This document shows positions 37,390 through 47,298 of a DNA stretch of 64,000 nt, one piece after another; positions within the stretch are counted from its first letter, which is position 1; each line of letters starts with the position of its first letter. Under the pieces are notes generated by a model. It ran no database searches. It saw nothing but the letters and a program-made list of their open reading frames with translations, and was not told the DNA's origin. Source of the stretch: an uncultured delta proteobacterium (GTDB taxonomy: Bacteria; Desulfobacterota; RBG-13-43-22). The position numbers were made by a program, and so were the translations under genes. The stretch covers positions 192,001 through 256,000 of the forward strand of contig CAWJJC010000022.1 of assembly GCA_963843145.1 (NCBI GenBank), read 5' to 3'.

Positions 37390-37851
37390 ATGCTTCAAAA
37401 GATCCATTCATCTAAAACGAACCTTACTCTTTTCCTGCTGGCCCTTTTATTTAACCTGATTGGACTGGGTTGCGGCAGTGATTCCAACAACAAGGATAGT
37501 ATCAGCAGTGGGACCCACACCGGGTCCGGCGGATCCGGGCTTCCGCCGGCGGCTATTACGGTGGTGGCCGGCAATAATGAATTAGCCGCCAGTGGGGGGA
37601 CTACCACGATTACGGTTATGGTCACCGACAGTCGAGGGGCCCGAACCGAGGCCACCTTTTATTTGACCTCCTCTTTGGGCGGGAATTTTGTCATCGACAG
37701 CGGAACGAAGAGCGGAACCATCGTCGGGACCACTACCGGGGGAATTTTTATCACTTCCTTTGAAGCCGGAGGGGTGCTTGGAAACACGGAAATTGCCGCC
37801 ACCATCCCGGGGACCTCTTTACGGAGTTCATTTACCATCAATATCGTCTAA
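37390..37851 (+). CDS. Ig-like (invasin/Big_1-like) lipoprotein
   Basis: Lipobox GLGC, Gly/Ser linker, beta-rich domain. Confidence 0.6.
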   Translation: MLQKIHSSKTNLTLFLLALLFNLIGLGCGSDSNNKDSISSGTHTGSGGSGLPPAAITVVAGNNELAASGGTTTITVMVTDSRGARTEATFYLTSSLGGNFVIDSGTKSGTIVGTTTGGIFITSFEAGGVLGNTEIAATIPGTSLRSSFTINIV

Positions 37852-37879
37852 ATTTTTTTCTAATTTGGAGGTTTAGCCT

Positions 37880-38296
37880 ATGAACCGGATAACTACCCTA
37901 ATCTGTCTGTTGGTCATCCTCACTTTATTCCTGCTGGGCTGCAATTCGAATACCTCTTCTTCCAGCGGCTTTGGGTCCGGGTCGGGTTATAGCCTGAATC
38001 TTACCACCTCCAACACTTCGATTCCCGAAGGCGGCAGCGCCACCTTGATCGTGGCCGGAAAGGACGCCCAAGGCAACCCGGTGAACGATTCAGTGCAGGG
38101 GGTCACCTTTTCCTCGACCTTGGGTGGATCGTTCAGCCCCGCTTCACCTTTTCTGTCCAGCGGTGTCGCCACGACCGTTTTTACCACCTCAGGGGGCACC
38201 ACCCCCACCCCCACCGCCGCCGTCGGGGTCACCCAGATCACCGCGTCTTACAAAGGGGCGTTTGCCTACATGAGTATCTATGTTTTTCAACCCTAA
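37880..38296 (+). CDS. Ig-like lipoprotein, probable paralogue of upstream gene
   Basis: Lipobox LLGC; KDAQGNPV..VTFSSTLGGSF. Confidence 0.65.
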   Translation: MNRITTLICLLVILTLFLLGCNSNTSSSSGFGSGSGYSLNLTTSNTSIPEGGSATLIVAGKDAQGNPVNDSVQGVTFSSTLGGSFSPASPFLSSGVATTVFTTSGGTTPTPTAAVGVTQITASYKGAFAYMSIYVFQP

Positions 38297-38379
38297 CCCC
38301 AGGGCCGGAGAAGAAAACTATTCCCGCCAATCCCCCCTTACCGGGGGATTGCCCATTTAAGGTACTTAGCGCAGGCCTC

Positions 38380-40221
38380 ATGACGGCGATCGCCCCTATC
38401 AGGCCGGGTTGGAAACAGAGGTTTTCTTTAGCCTCCCTTTTGTTTATTCTCCTTTTCCCGGGTCACCCCAACGCCACCCCTGCCACCCGGGAAGTATTAT
38501 CCGCTGAACAGGTTTTTCAGGTGGAGGGACGGGTAGCAGGACCTGATCATCTGGAGGTGCTTTTTCGCATAGCGGACGGGGCTTACCTGTACCGCGACAA
38601 GTTGAAATTTGAGATTCAACCTCCGGAGATTCAACCCGGGGAGATTCAACTCCCCCCCGGACAGCCTCATGAAGACCTCGTTTTCGGACCCACCGAAATC
38701 TATCGCCAATCCCTCCAGGTGCGCATTCCGATCAAACGTCTTAACCCGGAAACGCGGGAAATCATCCTGACCGTCAAATATCAGGGCTGCTCGGATAGCG
38801 GGTTTTGTTACCCCCCCCAAAGAAAAAAAATCAACCTGACCCTGCCCCCGAGCCCTCCGGCTGCGACCTTGAAAACCAAACCCGGTCCGGAGCCGATCAA
38901 GTCGTCGGACCTCAATAACTATGACCGCCTCTTTCGGGAAGGTAATTATTTCTTTGTTTTGTTGAGCTTCTTTGGTTTTGGACTGCTCCTTTCCCTGACC
39001 CCCTGCATGCTTCCCATGATTCCCATCCTCTCGGGTATTATTGTGGCCCAGGGGACTTGCCTGCGCCGGGGACGGAGCTTTACTTTATCTCTCATTTATG
39101 TGCTCGGCATGGCCCTGACCTTCGCCGCCGTCGGGGTGATCGCCGGGCTGACCGGCTCCCTGATCTCCGCCCTGCTGCAGAATCCCTGGGTCATCGGTTC
39201 ATTTTCTCTAATCTTTGTCCTTCTGGCCCTGTCCATGTTTGGCTTCTATGAACTCCAGATGCCCGGCACGCTCCAGACGCTGTTGTGCCGAACGAGCAAC
39301 CGTTTTTCCGGCGGAAACTTTTTGGGCGTCTTTTTCATGGGCATCCTTTCGGGCCTGATCATGGGCCCCTGCGTCACCCCTGCTTTGGCCGGGGCCCTAT
39401 TGTTTATCGGCCAGACCCAAAACATCTGGGTGGGCGGGCCGGCCCTTTTTATCCTGGCTTTGGGCATGGGGGTCCCGCTACTGATCGTCGGCGCTTCGGC
39501 CGGGTTAATCCTCATCAAGGCCGGGCCGTGGATGGAGGCCATCAAAACCTTCTTCGGGGTTCTGCTCCTGGGTCTGGCCCTCTACCAGGTGAGTCCCTTC
39601 ATCTCCCTTTCCTGGCAGATGTTCCTCTGGGCCGCCCTGCTGATCATCTCTTCCATTTTCCTGCGCGCCCTGGACCCCCTGCCCGAAGGGGCCCGGGGCT
39701 GGGCCCAATTCCGGAAGGGCGTGGGAGCGCTCATTTTTCTGATCGGCCTGGCGTTGCTGATCGGGGCCTTAGGCGGCGGGAAAAATCTTTATCAACCCTT
39801 GGAGGGACTTCTGGAAAGGAGAGGAACGGGTACACCGCTTCAAGGAACAACTAGCCCTTCGGGATTGAACTTTCAACGCCTGACTAGCCTCGCGGAATTG
39901 AAGCAGCAATTGCAATCGGCTCGGGGTCAAAAAGTCTTTCTTTATTTCGGGGCCGAGTGGTGCGCGTCCTGCAAGGCGTTGGAGCGAGGCGCTTTCCGGG
40001 ATGCTCAGGTTCAGGAACGGTTGAAAGGAGTGAAACTCCTCAAGGCCGACCTCACGGATATGACGGAAGAGGCCCATGCCCTCCTGATGGAATTCGGCCT
40101 TTTCGGGCCTCCGGCAATCCTTTTTTTCGACGAGCAGGGGCAGGAGATCAAAAATGCCCGCCTGATCGGCGAGCAGGACTCCACCAGTATGTTGGAACAT
40201 CTCAATAAAGTGTTGAGGTGA
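38380..40221 (+). CDS. dsbD: Protein-disulfide reductase DsbD
   Basis: YQGCSDSGFCYPP, LTPCMLPMIPI, GPCVTP, AEWCASCK, FGPP. Confidence 0.95.
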   Translation: MTAIAPIRPGWKQRFSLASLLFILLFPGHPNATPATREVLSAEQVFQVEGRVAGPDHLEVLFRIADGAYLYRDKLKFEIQPPEIQPGEIQLPPGQPHEDLVFGPTEIYRQSLQVRIPIKRLNPETREIILTVKYQGCSDSGFCYPPQRKKINLTLPPSPPAATLKTKPGPEPIKSSDLNNYDRLFREGNYFFVLLSFFGFGLLLSLTPCMLPMIPILSGIIVAQGTCLRRGRSFTLSLIYVLGMALTFAAVGVIAGLTGSLISALLQNPWVIGSFSLIFVLLALSMFGFYELQMPGTLQTLLCRTSNRFSGGNFLGVFFMGILSGLIMGPCVTPALAGALLFIGQTQNIWVGGPALFILALGMGVPLLIVGASAGLILIKAGPWMEAIKTFFGVLLLGLALYQVSPFISLSWQMFLWAALLIISSIFLRALDPLPEGARGWAQFRKGVGALIFLIGLALLIGALGGGKNLYQPLEGLLERRGTGTPLQGTTSPSGLNFQRLTSLAELKQQLQSARGQKVFLYFGAEWCASCKALERGAFRDAQVQERLKGVKLLKADLTDMTEEAHALLMEFGLFGPPAILFFDEQGQEIKNARLIGEQDSTSMLEHLNKVLR

Positions 40222-40330
40222 GGGTGAAGAGGAGATAATCGGGACGCAGACCTTCGCCCTTGGAAGCCCAAAAGACAATTAAAATACGAAGGCCCAAAAG
40301 CCAATTAAGCGCTTAAAGAAAAAGCGGATA

Positions 40331-40376
40331 AAAACAAAAAAGGGGTTGAACGGAAGCTCAACCCCTTTTTTGTTTT
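40331..40376. terminator. Bidirectional terminator between dsbD and csp
   Basis: AAAAAAGGGGTTGA-loop-TCAACCCCTTTTTT. Confidence 0.85.
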
Positions 40377-40393
40377 CTTGAGAAATCTGGTTT

Positions 40394-40597
40394 CTATAAA
40401 GCTTTTACATTGGTTGCCGCCGGGCCTTTTTTGCCTTCTTCGATATCAAAGCTCACGCGTTGACCTTCGGCCAAAGTCCTGAAGCCTTGCATAGTGATTG
40501 CTGAATGGTGAACAAAAACGTCTTTTTCCTGACCATCGACCGCGATAAAACCAAAGCCCTTACTTTCGTTGAACCACTTCACGTGTCCTTCTGGCAT
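40394..40597 (-). CDS. Cold shock protein
   Basis: [37 protein letters not shown]; AGGAGG RBS. Confidence 0.97.
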   Translation of the reverse strand: MPEGHVKWFNESKGFGFIAVDGQEKDVFVHHSAITMQGFRTLAEGQRVSFDIEEGKKGPAATNVKAL

Positions 40598-40795
40598 ACT
40601 CGTATCCCTCCTTTTCAGATTTCTCAAGTTGGGATACGAATAAAAAAATAAAGGCACCGACTCACTATCCACGATGCTTGGACTTTTTCTTATCTACCGC
40701 CAACTTCGACCGCTATGACATTCCGCATGAACTCATAACGGATTTAACTGCTTAACAATAAATTTTATCACGAATAATAGGCTTGTCAAGTTTTT

Positions 40796-42244
40796 TTAAT
40801 GACTCTCTTTTAAGCTATGCAGGCCTGTGCCCAAGGACTGATGGGCCGCTTCGAGAACCGCCTCGGACAGGGTGGGGTGGGCGTGGATGGTCCGCGCCAG
40901 ATCTTCCACCGTGGCCCCCATTTGGATCGCCAGGGTCCCTTCGGCGATCAGATCGGTGGCGTGGGGCCCGACGATATGGACCCCCACTATCCTCAGGTTT
41001 TTCCGCTCCGAAATGATTTTGACCTGCCCCACGATTTCTCCCAGGGCCTGGGGTTTTCCCAGTGCCCGAAAGGGAAAGCTGTCGGCCCGCACTTCCAGGC
41101 CCCGCACGCCGGCTTGGGATTCGGTGAGTCCCACGTTGGCTACCTCGGGGAAAGTGAATATTCCCGAGGGCACCACTTCGTAATCCATGGTCCGCTTACG
41201 GCCCATGATGTTTTCAGCGGCCAGGATCCCTTCGGTGGAGGCCACGTGGGCCAGCATGATCTTGGACGGCCCTAGGGCGTCCCCAATGGCATAGATCCCG
41301 GGGATATTGGTCTCCAGCCGTTCATTGGCCCTGATCCAGCCCCGGGTGTCCCGCTCCAGGCCCAAGGCCTCCAACCCCAGGACCTCGGTGTTTGACTGCC
41401 GTCCTATGGTGACTAAGACCTGCCGCACCTCCACCTCGACGGTTTTTTTATCCTTTTCTTTTGCTTCCACAAGAAAGGGGGAAGGCCCGATGGTAACCTT
41501 GACCCGTCCGTTTTGGACTGCTGTCTGTTCCACGGTCTTGTCCAGGTAAAGACGGATCTTCTTTTTTTTCATTTCCCGCTGCAGGACCGTGGAGCAGTCC
41601 CCATCCACCGAGGGCAGGCCGATGACCCGGGGCAGGGCCTCCACCACCGTCACCTGGCTGCCCAGGGCCTGGAAAATAAACGCGAATTCGCAACCGATCA
41701 CCCCGCCGCCGATGATCAGGATGGATTCCGGAATCGTTTCCAGGGTCAGGGCGTCGTTGCTGGAGAGGATGTGGGTCCCGTCAAAGGGAAAGGTCGGAAA
41801 GGCCAGAGGCCGGGAACCGGGAGCGAGGATCATTTTATCCACCGGGAATTTCTGTTCCCCGCCCTGGCTTTCCCGAACCTTGATCATCCAGGGATCGGCC
41901 ACGAAGGCCTGGCCCGAGACCCGTTGGATTTTATAGCTGCTCAGAATTTTTCGGATGCCCTGGACCAGGATCTGAATTACTTCATTTTTCCGGGCCATGA
42001 TCCGCTCCAGGTTGGGTTTGAAGCCGCCCTCCAGATCAATTCCCAATTCCCTCGCCCGGTGAAACTGCTCAAGGGCCTCGGCGGTGGTCCTCAGGGTCTT
42101 AGTGGGGATGCAACCCCAGTTCAGGCAGGTGCCCCCCACTTCCTCCTGTTCAAAAAGGAGGACCTCCGCCCCCAACTGGGCGGCGCGGATGGCGGCGATA
42201 TAACCCCCCGGTCCGGCGCCGATAATGCCGATGCGGATACTCAT
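40796..42244 (-). CDS. lpdA: Dihydrolipoyl dehydrogenase
   Basis: GAGPGGY, GGTCLNWGCIPTK, GGGVIG, HAHPTLSE. Confidence 0.95.
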   Translation of the reverse strand: MSIRIGIIGAGPGGYIAAIRAAQLGAEVLLFEQEEVGGTCLNWGCIPTKTLRTTAEALEQFHRARELGIDLEGGFKPNLERIMARKNEVIQILVQGIRKILSSYKIQRVSGQAFVADPWMIKVRESQGGEQKFPVDKMILAPGSRPLAFPTFPFDGTHILSSNDALTLETIPESILIIGGGVIGCEFAFIFQALGSQVTVVEALPRVIGLPSVDGDCSTVLQREMKKKKIRLYLDKTVEQTAVQNGRVKVTIGPSPFLVEAKEKDKKTVEVEVRQVLVTIGRQSNTEVLGLEALGLERDTRGWIRANERLETNIPGIYAIGDALGPSKIMLAHVASTEGILAAENIMGRKRTMDYEVVPSGIFTFPEVANVGLTESQAGVRGLEVRADSFPFRALGKPQALGEIVGQVKIISERKNLRIVGVHIVGPHATDLIAEGTLAIQMGATVEDLARTIHAHPTLSEAVLEAAHQSLGTGLHSLKESH

Positions 42245-42257
42245 CTCTGAAAATCAG

Positions 42258-42629
42258 TTAATTGGAGACCTGGGCGAGGTAAGCGGCCTCTTCCATCAGG
42301 ACATCGAATTCAGCCGGGTTTTTCAGTCTGACCCGGGTGATCCATCCCCGTTCATAAGGGGAATCGTTGATCAGGGTGGGCTCTTGATCCAGGTCCTGAT
42401 TGGATTCTATTACTTCGCCGCTTATCGGAGCGATGAGATCGGAAGTCACTTTGCTCGATTCCAGTGCCCCCAGCGGTTCTCCGGCTATAACCTCGGTCCC
42501 GGGCTCGGGCAATTCCACATAAATAATCTTGCCCATCTGCTCCTGGGCGAAATCGGAGATGCCGATGATGCCGATTTCGCCCTCTATTCGAATCCAGGCA
42601 TGGTCCGGATGAAATTTTAAGTCGGTCAT
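42258..42629 (-). CDS. gcvH: Glycine cleavage H-like lipoyl carrier
   Basis: HAWI, GISDFAQ, LESSK (lipoyl Lys), NDSPYERGW. Confidence 0.92.
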   Translation of the reverse strand: MTDLKFHPDHAWIRIEGEIGIIGISDFAQEQMGKIIYVELPEPGTEVIAGEPLGALESSKVTSDLIAPISGEVIESNQDLDQEPTLINDSPYERGWITRVRLKNPAEFDVLMEEAAYLAQVSN

Positions 42630-42736
42630 GGTCGGTCTTTTCCTCTTTTGAATCCTTAAATTTTATTAGGAGCCGTGATCATTTTTACCATAGCCTTCCC
42701 CCCATCGTCCATTAAATTTTGCCGAATGGAAATGGG

Positions 42737-43324
42737 TTATTCCCTGGATTGGGAAAGATAGGGAGATTTCCCTTGGCAGGCTAAACAGATTCCTGGAGCG
42801 TCTGCCGGAAAGGATTCCTGACATTGGGGACAGACGACCCGTTTTCCCCGGGGCCTTTTTACCAGCAACGCGGGCTGAATCCGGATTTCCTGTAGGGAGC
42901 AGAGCGCAGGCCCGGATTCTTGGATAGCTTTCAGGAGTTGGCCGGAGTCCACTTCCTTTTTGGGTTTCAATTTGTAGTACCAGTCTTTGATTTCGGGCCA
43001 CTCTTCTACCCGGACCGGATTTAAAACCACCCTGGTCCCCGTCCCCGTTTCTTTATTGTAGAGAGCCAGGGCGAACCGACCCCAATCCTGAACCCTTAGC
43101 CACCCGTTGCCCACCGTACAGGGGGTCAGCAATTGAACGGCATCCGGCAGGCACTTATCGGTTTCACAAAGGGCATCATACAAAATATGATCCGGCAAAT
43201 TTTTTATGGCCAAATCGACCATGACTCCGCCCAGGATCACCCCGGGGGCGGGAAAACCATGGAAGGCCTTTACCCGGTCGACGAATTCCCCGAAAGCAAA
43301 CCGGCCAATCGTCTGGATCATCAT
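42737..43324 (-). CDS. FmdE family protein with C-terminal Zn ribbon
   Basis: FHGFPAPGVILG, ETDKCLPDAVQLLTPCTVGNG, CPQC..CLAC; likely start MMIQ at 43324. Confidence 0.88.
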   Translation of the reverse strand: MMIQTIGRFAFGEFVDRVKAFHGFPAPGVILGGVMVDLAIKNLPDHILYDALCETDKCLPDAVQLLTPCTVGNGWLRVQDWGRFALALYNKETGTGTRVVLNPVRVEEWPEIKDWYYKLKPKKEVDSGQLLKAIQESGPALCSLQEIRIQPALLVKRPRGKRVVCPQCQESFPADAPGICLACQGKSPYLSQSRE

Positions 43325-43421
43325 TGCGGACCTTTCTTGGGACGGCAGGACCACACCGGGCGTTTCTCCAAACGTCGCCTGGAAAATGGTCCTCGGTGCG
43401 GCGGGCAGGGACCCGGCCGGG

Positions 43422-43634
43422 TCACTCCGGCAGGGGACGCAGGCAGTCCTGGGGGAAGCGGTACGTGCCCTTGCCTTCCACACTCACCTCGATCAAGGCA
43501 TCCGGATCGTTTTTGGAGGTATCCGGATCGGTGATGATCCCGTGGCGGCCCAGGTACTGGTCCATGTACTTCTCCCAGCCCTCGTCTTGGGATTTACAGA
43601 ATATCTCCACTTTTTGACCTCGGTGAAAAGCCAT
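43422..43634 (-). CDS. Small hypothetical protein (SH3/KOW-like)
   Basis: AAGGAG RBS; FHRGQKVEI...YLGRHGII...IEVSVEGKGTYRFP. Confidence 0.6.
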   Translation of the reverse strand: MAFHRGQKVEIFCKSQDEGWEKYMDQYLGRHGIITDPDTSKNDPDALIEVSVEGKGTYRFPQDCLRPLPE

Positions 43635-43673
43635 GGATGCGCTCCTTATTACAGCGGCCGCAGGCGGCCGGGG

Positions 43674-45839
43674 TTAGGCCGGGTGCATTTCCACATGGGC
43701 CCTGGCGGTCTGCTGGCGGGCACAGGCCTGGCACAAAGGCCGGGTGGTCAGGACCGGACCGACGCCTTGGGTCCGCTTCTGCAAAAATTCCAGGTACCGC
43801 GCCGGACCCAGGACCGCGCCACAATTCCGGCAGTATTCCAGCTTCTGGCGGTTTAAAATGGTGCCGCAGTAGGACAGAAGCCGCTCGTCGCCGCGGTCGA
43901 TGATGCGGAGGGCCTGGTTGGGGCAGTTGGCCGCACAGGCGCCACACAAGATGCAACGTTCGGCCGTCAACCGGAAGTCCGTGGGCGCCGGGTGATCGAA
44001 ATTCAGGAACCCGAAGTCCAGGGCGTCGATGCCCATTTGGTCCCGGCAGACCTCGACACACCGGCCGCAACGCAGACAGATGTCGCAGCGCAGGCAGCGC
44101 CGGGCCTCTTCCCGGACGGCGTTTTCGGGGTAGCCGAGCTCCACCTGCTGAAAGGTGATGCGCCGTCGTTCGAGGTTGAGCAGCGGCATTTTCGGACGCC
44201 GGAGGGTCATCTTGGTACTGGCCGGAACCTCGAGCCATTCCACACGCTCGCGACGCACCGGGACCGGCGGCATCTTAGGCTGGGGGATCCCGGAAAGGTA
44301 GCGGTCGATGGCTTCGGCGGCGCGCTTGCCTGCCCCAATGGCCTCGACGACCGTAGCCGGGCCGGTGACGGCATCGCCGCCGGCAAATACCCCGGGGATC
44401 GCAGTTTCCAGGGTAATGGGGTTGGCCAAGATGGTCTGGCGCCGCGACCATTTGAGGTCTTTTAAATCGTCCAGGCACTCCAGGCCGATGCGCTGGCCGA
44501 TGGCCGAGATGATCGTATCGGCCTCGATGAGGAAGTCACTTCCCTCCACCGGGACCGGAGAGGGGCGGTCGCTGCCTTCTTTCCGGATCATTTCCGCGCG
44601 GTGACAAAGCAAGCCGGTCAGACGGCCGTCCCGGCCGAGAACGGCTTTGGGGATGGTCAGGAACGACAGGACAATACCCTCCTCTTCGGCCTGGTCCAAT
44701 TCCTCGACATCGGCCGGCATTTCGTTCCGGGTTCGCCGGTAGGCTATGATTACCTCATCAGAGCCCAGCCGCAGACAGGTGCGGGCCGCGTCGATCGCCA
44801 CGTTGCCGCCGCCGACGATGACCGCCCGCTTTCCGGGAATCCGGTGGTCTCCCAGCGCCACCCGTCGTAGAAAGTCGACGGCCTCGATGACCTGCGGAAA
44901 ATCATTTTCCCCCGGGATGTAGAGCTTTAAGGACGCATGGGCGCCGATGGCCAGGAACAGGGCCTGAAAGCCCTCGGATTTCAAACCCTCCCAGGTGACG
45001 TCCCGGCCGTAGCGGGTGTTGAAGCGGAAGGCCACGCCCAGGTCCTCCAACATGGCCGCCTCGCGGTCGATGACCTCCCGGGGCAGCCGGTACCGGGGGA
45101 TGCCGAGCATCATCATACCGCCCGCCACCGGCTGCGCCTCAAACACCGTTAGACCATAACCTTGGAGCGCCAGATAGTAGGCCGCCGTCAGGCCCCCGGG
45201 ACCGGCCCCGATGACGGCGACGCGCCGGCCCCGGTCCGGCTTTTTAGCCGGGTTCCGGTATTGCCGGTCCGAGATGGCGCATTCGGCGGCAAAGGCCTTG
45301 AGAAACTTGATGGAAATCGGTTGGTCGATCCGGCCGCGCACGCACATGAACTCGCAGGGCCGGGTGCAGACCAGGCCGCAGACCCAGGGGAAGGGATTGT
45401 CGCGGCGAATGACCTCGATGGCTTCGGCGTCCTGGCCGAGACCGATAAGGTTCACGTAGGTGGGGACGTCGATCCCCGCCGGACAGGTCATCTGGCAGGG
45501 GGCCGGGACCAGACGGACGCAATCGCCAGTGATGCAGTTATGGGTCTGGATATGGCTGAGAAATACTTCCCGGTGATCATGAAGGGCGGATTGAATATAA
45601 TCTCCGGCCTCCTTGCTGACCGCATCCGGGCCCTCGTCGATTAACTCCTGGGACAGCGCGTTTAGAAAATCCAGATGCTGTTCGCCGGCTCTCCCCCAGG
45701 CGATATCATTCAGAAGCTGGCGCAACTCCTCGACCAGCCACCGGCTTTTCGGATCTTGGAGGAGGCCGGAATTCAGGGTTTCATCCAGTTGGGTTATACT
45801 TTGGCTGACCGGGCATGTGGTTACAGGCATAATCGCCAC
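43674..45839 (-). CDS. GltD/NfnB-like FAD/NAD(P)H oxidoreductase with degenerate NuoF-like N-terminus and C-terminal 2x[4Fe-4S]
   Basis: APCQMTCPAGIDVP, VCGLVCTRPCE, IGAGPGGL, GGGNVAIDAAR, YRRT, FAGGD, CDICLRCGRC, CILCGACAANCP. Confidence 0.9.
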   Translation of the reverse strand: MAIMPVTTCPVSQSITQLDETLNSGLLQDPKSRWLVEELRQLLNDIAWGRAGEQHLDFLNALSQELIDEGPDAVSKEAGDYIQSALHDHREVFLSHIQTHNCITGDCVRLVPAPCQMTCPAGIDVPTYVNLIGLGQDAEAIEVIRRDNPFPWVCGLVCTRPCEFMCVRGRIDQPISIKFLKAFAAECAISDRQYRNPAKKPDRGRRVAVIGAGPGGLTAAYYLALQGYGLTVFEAQPVAGGMMMLGIPRYRLPREVIDREAAMLEDLGVAFRFNTRYGRDVTWEGLKSEGFQALFLAIGAHASLKLYIPGENDFPQVIEAVDFLRRVALGDHRIPGKRAVIVGGGNVAIDAARTCLRLGSDEVIIAYRRTRNEMPADVEELDQAEEEGIVLSFLTIPKAVLGRDGRLTGLLCHRAEMIRKEGSDRPSPVPVEGSDFLIEADTIISAIGQRIGLECLDDLKDLKWSRRQTILANPITLETAIPGVFAGGDAVTGPATVVEAIGAGKRAAEAIDRYLSGIPQPKMPPVPVRRERVEWLEVPASTKMTLRRPKMPLLNLERRRITFQQVELGYPENAVREEARRCLRCDICLRCGRCVEVCRDQMGIDALDFGFLNFDHPAPTDFRLTAERCILCGACAANCPNQALRIIDRGDERLLSYCGTILNRQKLEYCRNCGAVLGPARYLEFLQKRTQGVGPVLTTRPLCQACARQQTARAHVEMHPA

Positions 45840-45864
45840 CCTTTAAGGTATCATTTCCTTATCC

Positions 45865-46653
45865 TTAGGCAACCGGTTTCCCGCCAAAGGTCTTGGCCAG
45901 TTTGGGAGCCGTGATACGGAGCTTTCGCTTCATAGAGAGCTTCGCACAAGAAGGGCAATGATGATGGGCTTCCTTTTCACCGGGATGACCGCCCTCGCTG
46001 GTCTTCACGTATTCCAAAAACCGTTCCGTGGCATAATACCGGCCGCAGATATCGCATCGTTCCAGGATGTGTTTCCCGATGATCTCGTCTCTGATCCGAA
46101 TGGTTCTTACCTGGCCTTCATCTTCGGAGAGAATCGCTTCGGTCGGGCAGATTTTGGTGCAGGTGCCGCAGCCGATACAGGTCCCCTCTTCGGAGGGGAC
46201 CACAAACGGCCGGCCTTCCCGCAAGACCATTTTCAGGGCCTGGGCGCCAATGATCTCCTTACAAACCCGGATACATAGTCGGCAACGAATACAGCCGTCG
46301 GGCTTTACCCCGGTCGTCAGGCTGAACTCCAATCCGATTTTATGAATAGCGTCCGCATGGGGCGCCAATTTCAGCAGATTGCCGATGGCCTCGTTTCTTA
46401 ACTGGTGGACCATGACGCTCTCGGTGGTGATCTCCATTCCCGCCCGTGGTTTTACCACGCAGGACAATCGGGTCCGGGGCGTCCCCTGGTTATCCTTGAC
46501 TTCCACCACGCAAAGCTTACAGGAGCCCCCCGGTGTCAAGGCCGGATGAAAACAGAGGTGTGGAACTTTAAAGCCTTTTTCCATTAAGACCTGGATCAGC
46601 CTTTTTTCTTCATTGACCTCAAAAGCCTGTCCGTTGATTTTAATGGTCACCAT
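45865..46653 (-). CDS. [2Fe-2S] plus 2x[4Fe-4S] electron-transfer subunit (NuoG N-terminus-like)
   Basis: PHLC...GSCKLC...LSC; CIRCRLCIRVC; CIGCGTCTKICP; CDIC/CPSC. Confidence 0.88.
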   Translation of the reverse strand: MVTIKINGQAFEVNEEKRLIQVLMEKGFKVPHLCFHPALTPGGSCKLCVVEVKDNQGTPRTRLSCVVKPRAGMEITTESVMVHQLRNEAIGNLLKLAPHADAIHKIGLEFSLTTGVKPDGCIRCRLCIRVCKEIIGAQALKMVLREGRPFVVPSEEGTCIGCGTCTKICPTEAILSEDEGQVRTIRIRDEIIGKHILERCDICGRYYATERFLEYVKTSEGGHPGEKEAHHHCPSCAKLSMKRKLRITAPKLAKTFGGKPVA

Positions 46654-46668
46654 CGAAGAGGTCCGTGG

Positions 46669-47190
46669 TTATTCGAGGAAGGCGCCACCCTTGGTGGAGG
46701 ACATGGCCATCGCATAGCGCTGTCTTTTCATCAGAGGCATCTTTTCCGTCATGCCAAAATCGAGACAGTGGGTCGTGCAGACGGTAACACAGGCTGGCTT
46801 CAGCCCCGCGTCGATCCGATCCATGCAGTAATCGCATTTAACCACTTTTCCGATTTCGGGGTTCCATTGAGGCGCTCCCCAGGGGCAGGCGGCAATACAG
46901 GTTTTACAGCCCACGCACAAGTCGTGATCCACAAAAACAATCCCGTCCTTTTCCCTTCTTTGCATGGCGCCCGTGGGGCAGGCTGCCACGCACCAGGGGT
47001 TTTCGCAGTGAAAGCAGGGCATGAAAATAAACGAGCCCCGCGGCAGGCCGTTGATAAATTTGGGGCCCACGGGTATAATTTGACAGGGCTTGGGCCCGAT
47101 GGGCAGGGATTTATTGCTTTTGCATTGAATTTCGCAGGAATGACAGCCGATACACTTCTGCTGGTCCTGCAATAAGAAATATTTACTCAT
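46669..47190 (-). CDS. 4x[4Fe-4S] subunit (PsrB/DmsB-like)
   Basis: CIGCHSCEIQC, CFHCENPWCVAACP, CVGCKTCIAACPW, KCDYC..PACVTVC. Confidence 0.92.
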   Translation of the reverse strand: MSKYFLLQDQQKCIGCHSCEIQCKSNKSLPIGPKPCQIIPVGPKFINGLPRGSFIFMPCFHCENPWCVAACPTGAMQRREKDGIVFVDHDLCVGCKTCIAACPWGAPQWNPEIGKVVKCDYCMDRIDAGLKPACVTVCTTHCLDFGMTEKMPLMKRQRYAMAMSSTKGGAFLE

Positions 47191-47298
47191 TTTTTGGCTC
47201 CCGTTATTTAGGACGATCGGCCAACGAGGATCGAAGCGGGTTGAGCGGCCGTGGCTTCATTCCCGGTCCAATCTGAAATCGTCCACAATTCATTCCGA

